From Azolla caroliniana (taxonomy: Eukaryota; Plantae; Polypodiophyta), in the NCBI GenBank assembly GCA_043228905.1, contig JBHGNT010000009.1, positions 20,832,001 through 20,896,000 on the forward strand: a stretch of DNA of 64,000 bases, read 5' to 3'. The position numbers were made by a program, and so were the translations under genes. The notes beneath the pieces were generated by a model. It was not told the origin of the DNA and did no database searches. It was given only the letters and a program-made list of their open reading frames with translations. Of the stretch, positions 62,901 through 64,000 are shown one piece after another (position 1 is the first letter of the stretch; each line of letters starts with the position of its first letter).

Positions 62901-64000
62901 GTACAACGCCGACGGTTCAGTTAACCAGTACAAGGCCCGGTTAGTGGCGAAGGGATACGCACAGACCCACGAAATTGACTACGACGAGACCTTTGCTCTG
63001 GTAGCGAAGATGATCGAAACCAGAAGCTCTGTCCCGACTCCAAACCAGCATGCGATGAGAAACGGTTCCGACAAATTGTCGGAAGCCTTATATATTTGAC
63101 CATCACCCGACTCGATATCAGCTATCCGGTTGGTGTGATTAGCCAATTCATGCAGAAGCCGACCGTAGAGCATCTTCAGTGTGCGCACCGAATATTACGA
63201 TATGTGAGCAGCACGAAGGACGAGGGACTGTTATACCGGCGCGGTATAACCGAAGAGCTGGTCGGTTACACGGATGTCGACTGGGCCGTCGATGCATCAG
63301 ATCGACGATCAACCTCCGGTTACATGTTTTCCCTAGGTAGCGCGGCTATTGCATGGAGCAGCAAAAAGCAGCCAATAGTTGCTCTGTCGAGCATTGAGGC
63401 TGAGTATCGGGGCGCTACCATTGCCACCTGTGAAGCCATTTGGCTTCGACGACTACTGCAAGACCTACGGATCGAGGTACCAACCCCGATTCTGATCTAC
63501 TGCGACAACATAAGTAGCATACAGCTCGCCAAGAACCCCGTATTCCATGCTCGCACAAAGCACATAGAAGTGCACTATCACTTCGTGCGTGAGCATGTCC
63601 TGAGCGGTGAGGTCAAACTTCGGTATATTCACACAAATCGACAAGTTGCCGACATCTTCACCAAACCACTCGGATCAGATAAGCTGCAACACTTCACCGA
63701 AATGCTTGGTGTTAAGCATCTTGATGTGCCACACTTCGAGGGAGAATGGGCAAAGACACCGGAACGGGCAAAGGCAAAGAGACTGCCAATTGTGCCGATG
63801 AGGGAAGAACCGACGAAGGGAGAGTCAAGAAGAAGAAAGGAGCCGAGTTGACAAAGGAAGTCGACATATCCGAACAAGTTAGAACAAGCAGCAGCGGCGG
63901 CAGAGTCAAGAAGGACAGAGCCGACCGAAAGAAGAAGGCCAAGACCCGGACATGGTCCGATGTGGTGAAGGGCCTGGAACCAGAAGACAAATCGGGAGCA
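59497..64000 (+). mobile_element. Ty1/copia LTR retrotransposon related to the left-end element, degenerate; 3' LTR not reached in the window
   Basis: Gag has EKLDRSNYASWSYKMHQYL (compare EKLDRNNFASWEYKMHQYL), CCYCGKKGHRESEC and WYVDSGVSNHMT. Integrase has HSDVWG, RSDGGKEY and PEQNSVAERKNR. RT start YKARLVAKGY is followed by an internal deletion. RNase H has GYTD.DWA, STSGY, WSSKKQ, CDN.S.I, RTKHIEVHYHFVRE and ADIFTKPL. There are many stops. Confidence 0.97.

Overview
This is eukaryotic land-plant nuclear DNA with spliceosomal GT-AG introns. It is most likely from a fern or other seed-free vascular plant, an inference from the style of the PLS-class PPR protein and the retroelement mix. No CRISPR array, rRNA or tRNA was found. 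Four genes look intact: an intronless-CDS F-box gene of the At2g27310/At2g36090 type (+), a 14-exon LMBR1/LIMR membrane protein (-), a 5-exon BTB/POZ-TAZ protein (-) and a PLS-class PPR protein lacking E/DYW domains (-). Two adjacent genes look disabled: a TIC20-II/V-like gene and a VMA12/TMEM199-like V-ATPase assembly factor whose 9-kb first intron holds a scrambled copia element. Mobile DNA includes two related Ty1/copia elements at the window ends (each with a 5' LTR and tRNA-iMet PBS), an L1-type LINE, an RTE-X-like LINE, and a nested MITE complex of two Mutator-type foldback elements with perfect 9-bp TSDs inside a hAT-like element. The most notable structural signals are the template-switch-like copia rearrangement (tandem plus inverted duplications with stuttered junctions), a stop codon at the same protease codon in both related copia elements, a 101-bp near-perfect palindrome, and the nested MITE cluster next to the two pseudogenes. 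I see no convincing evidence for a wholly new biological system; the findings are candidates to test.
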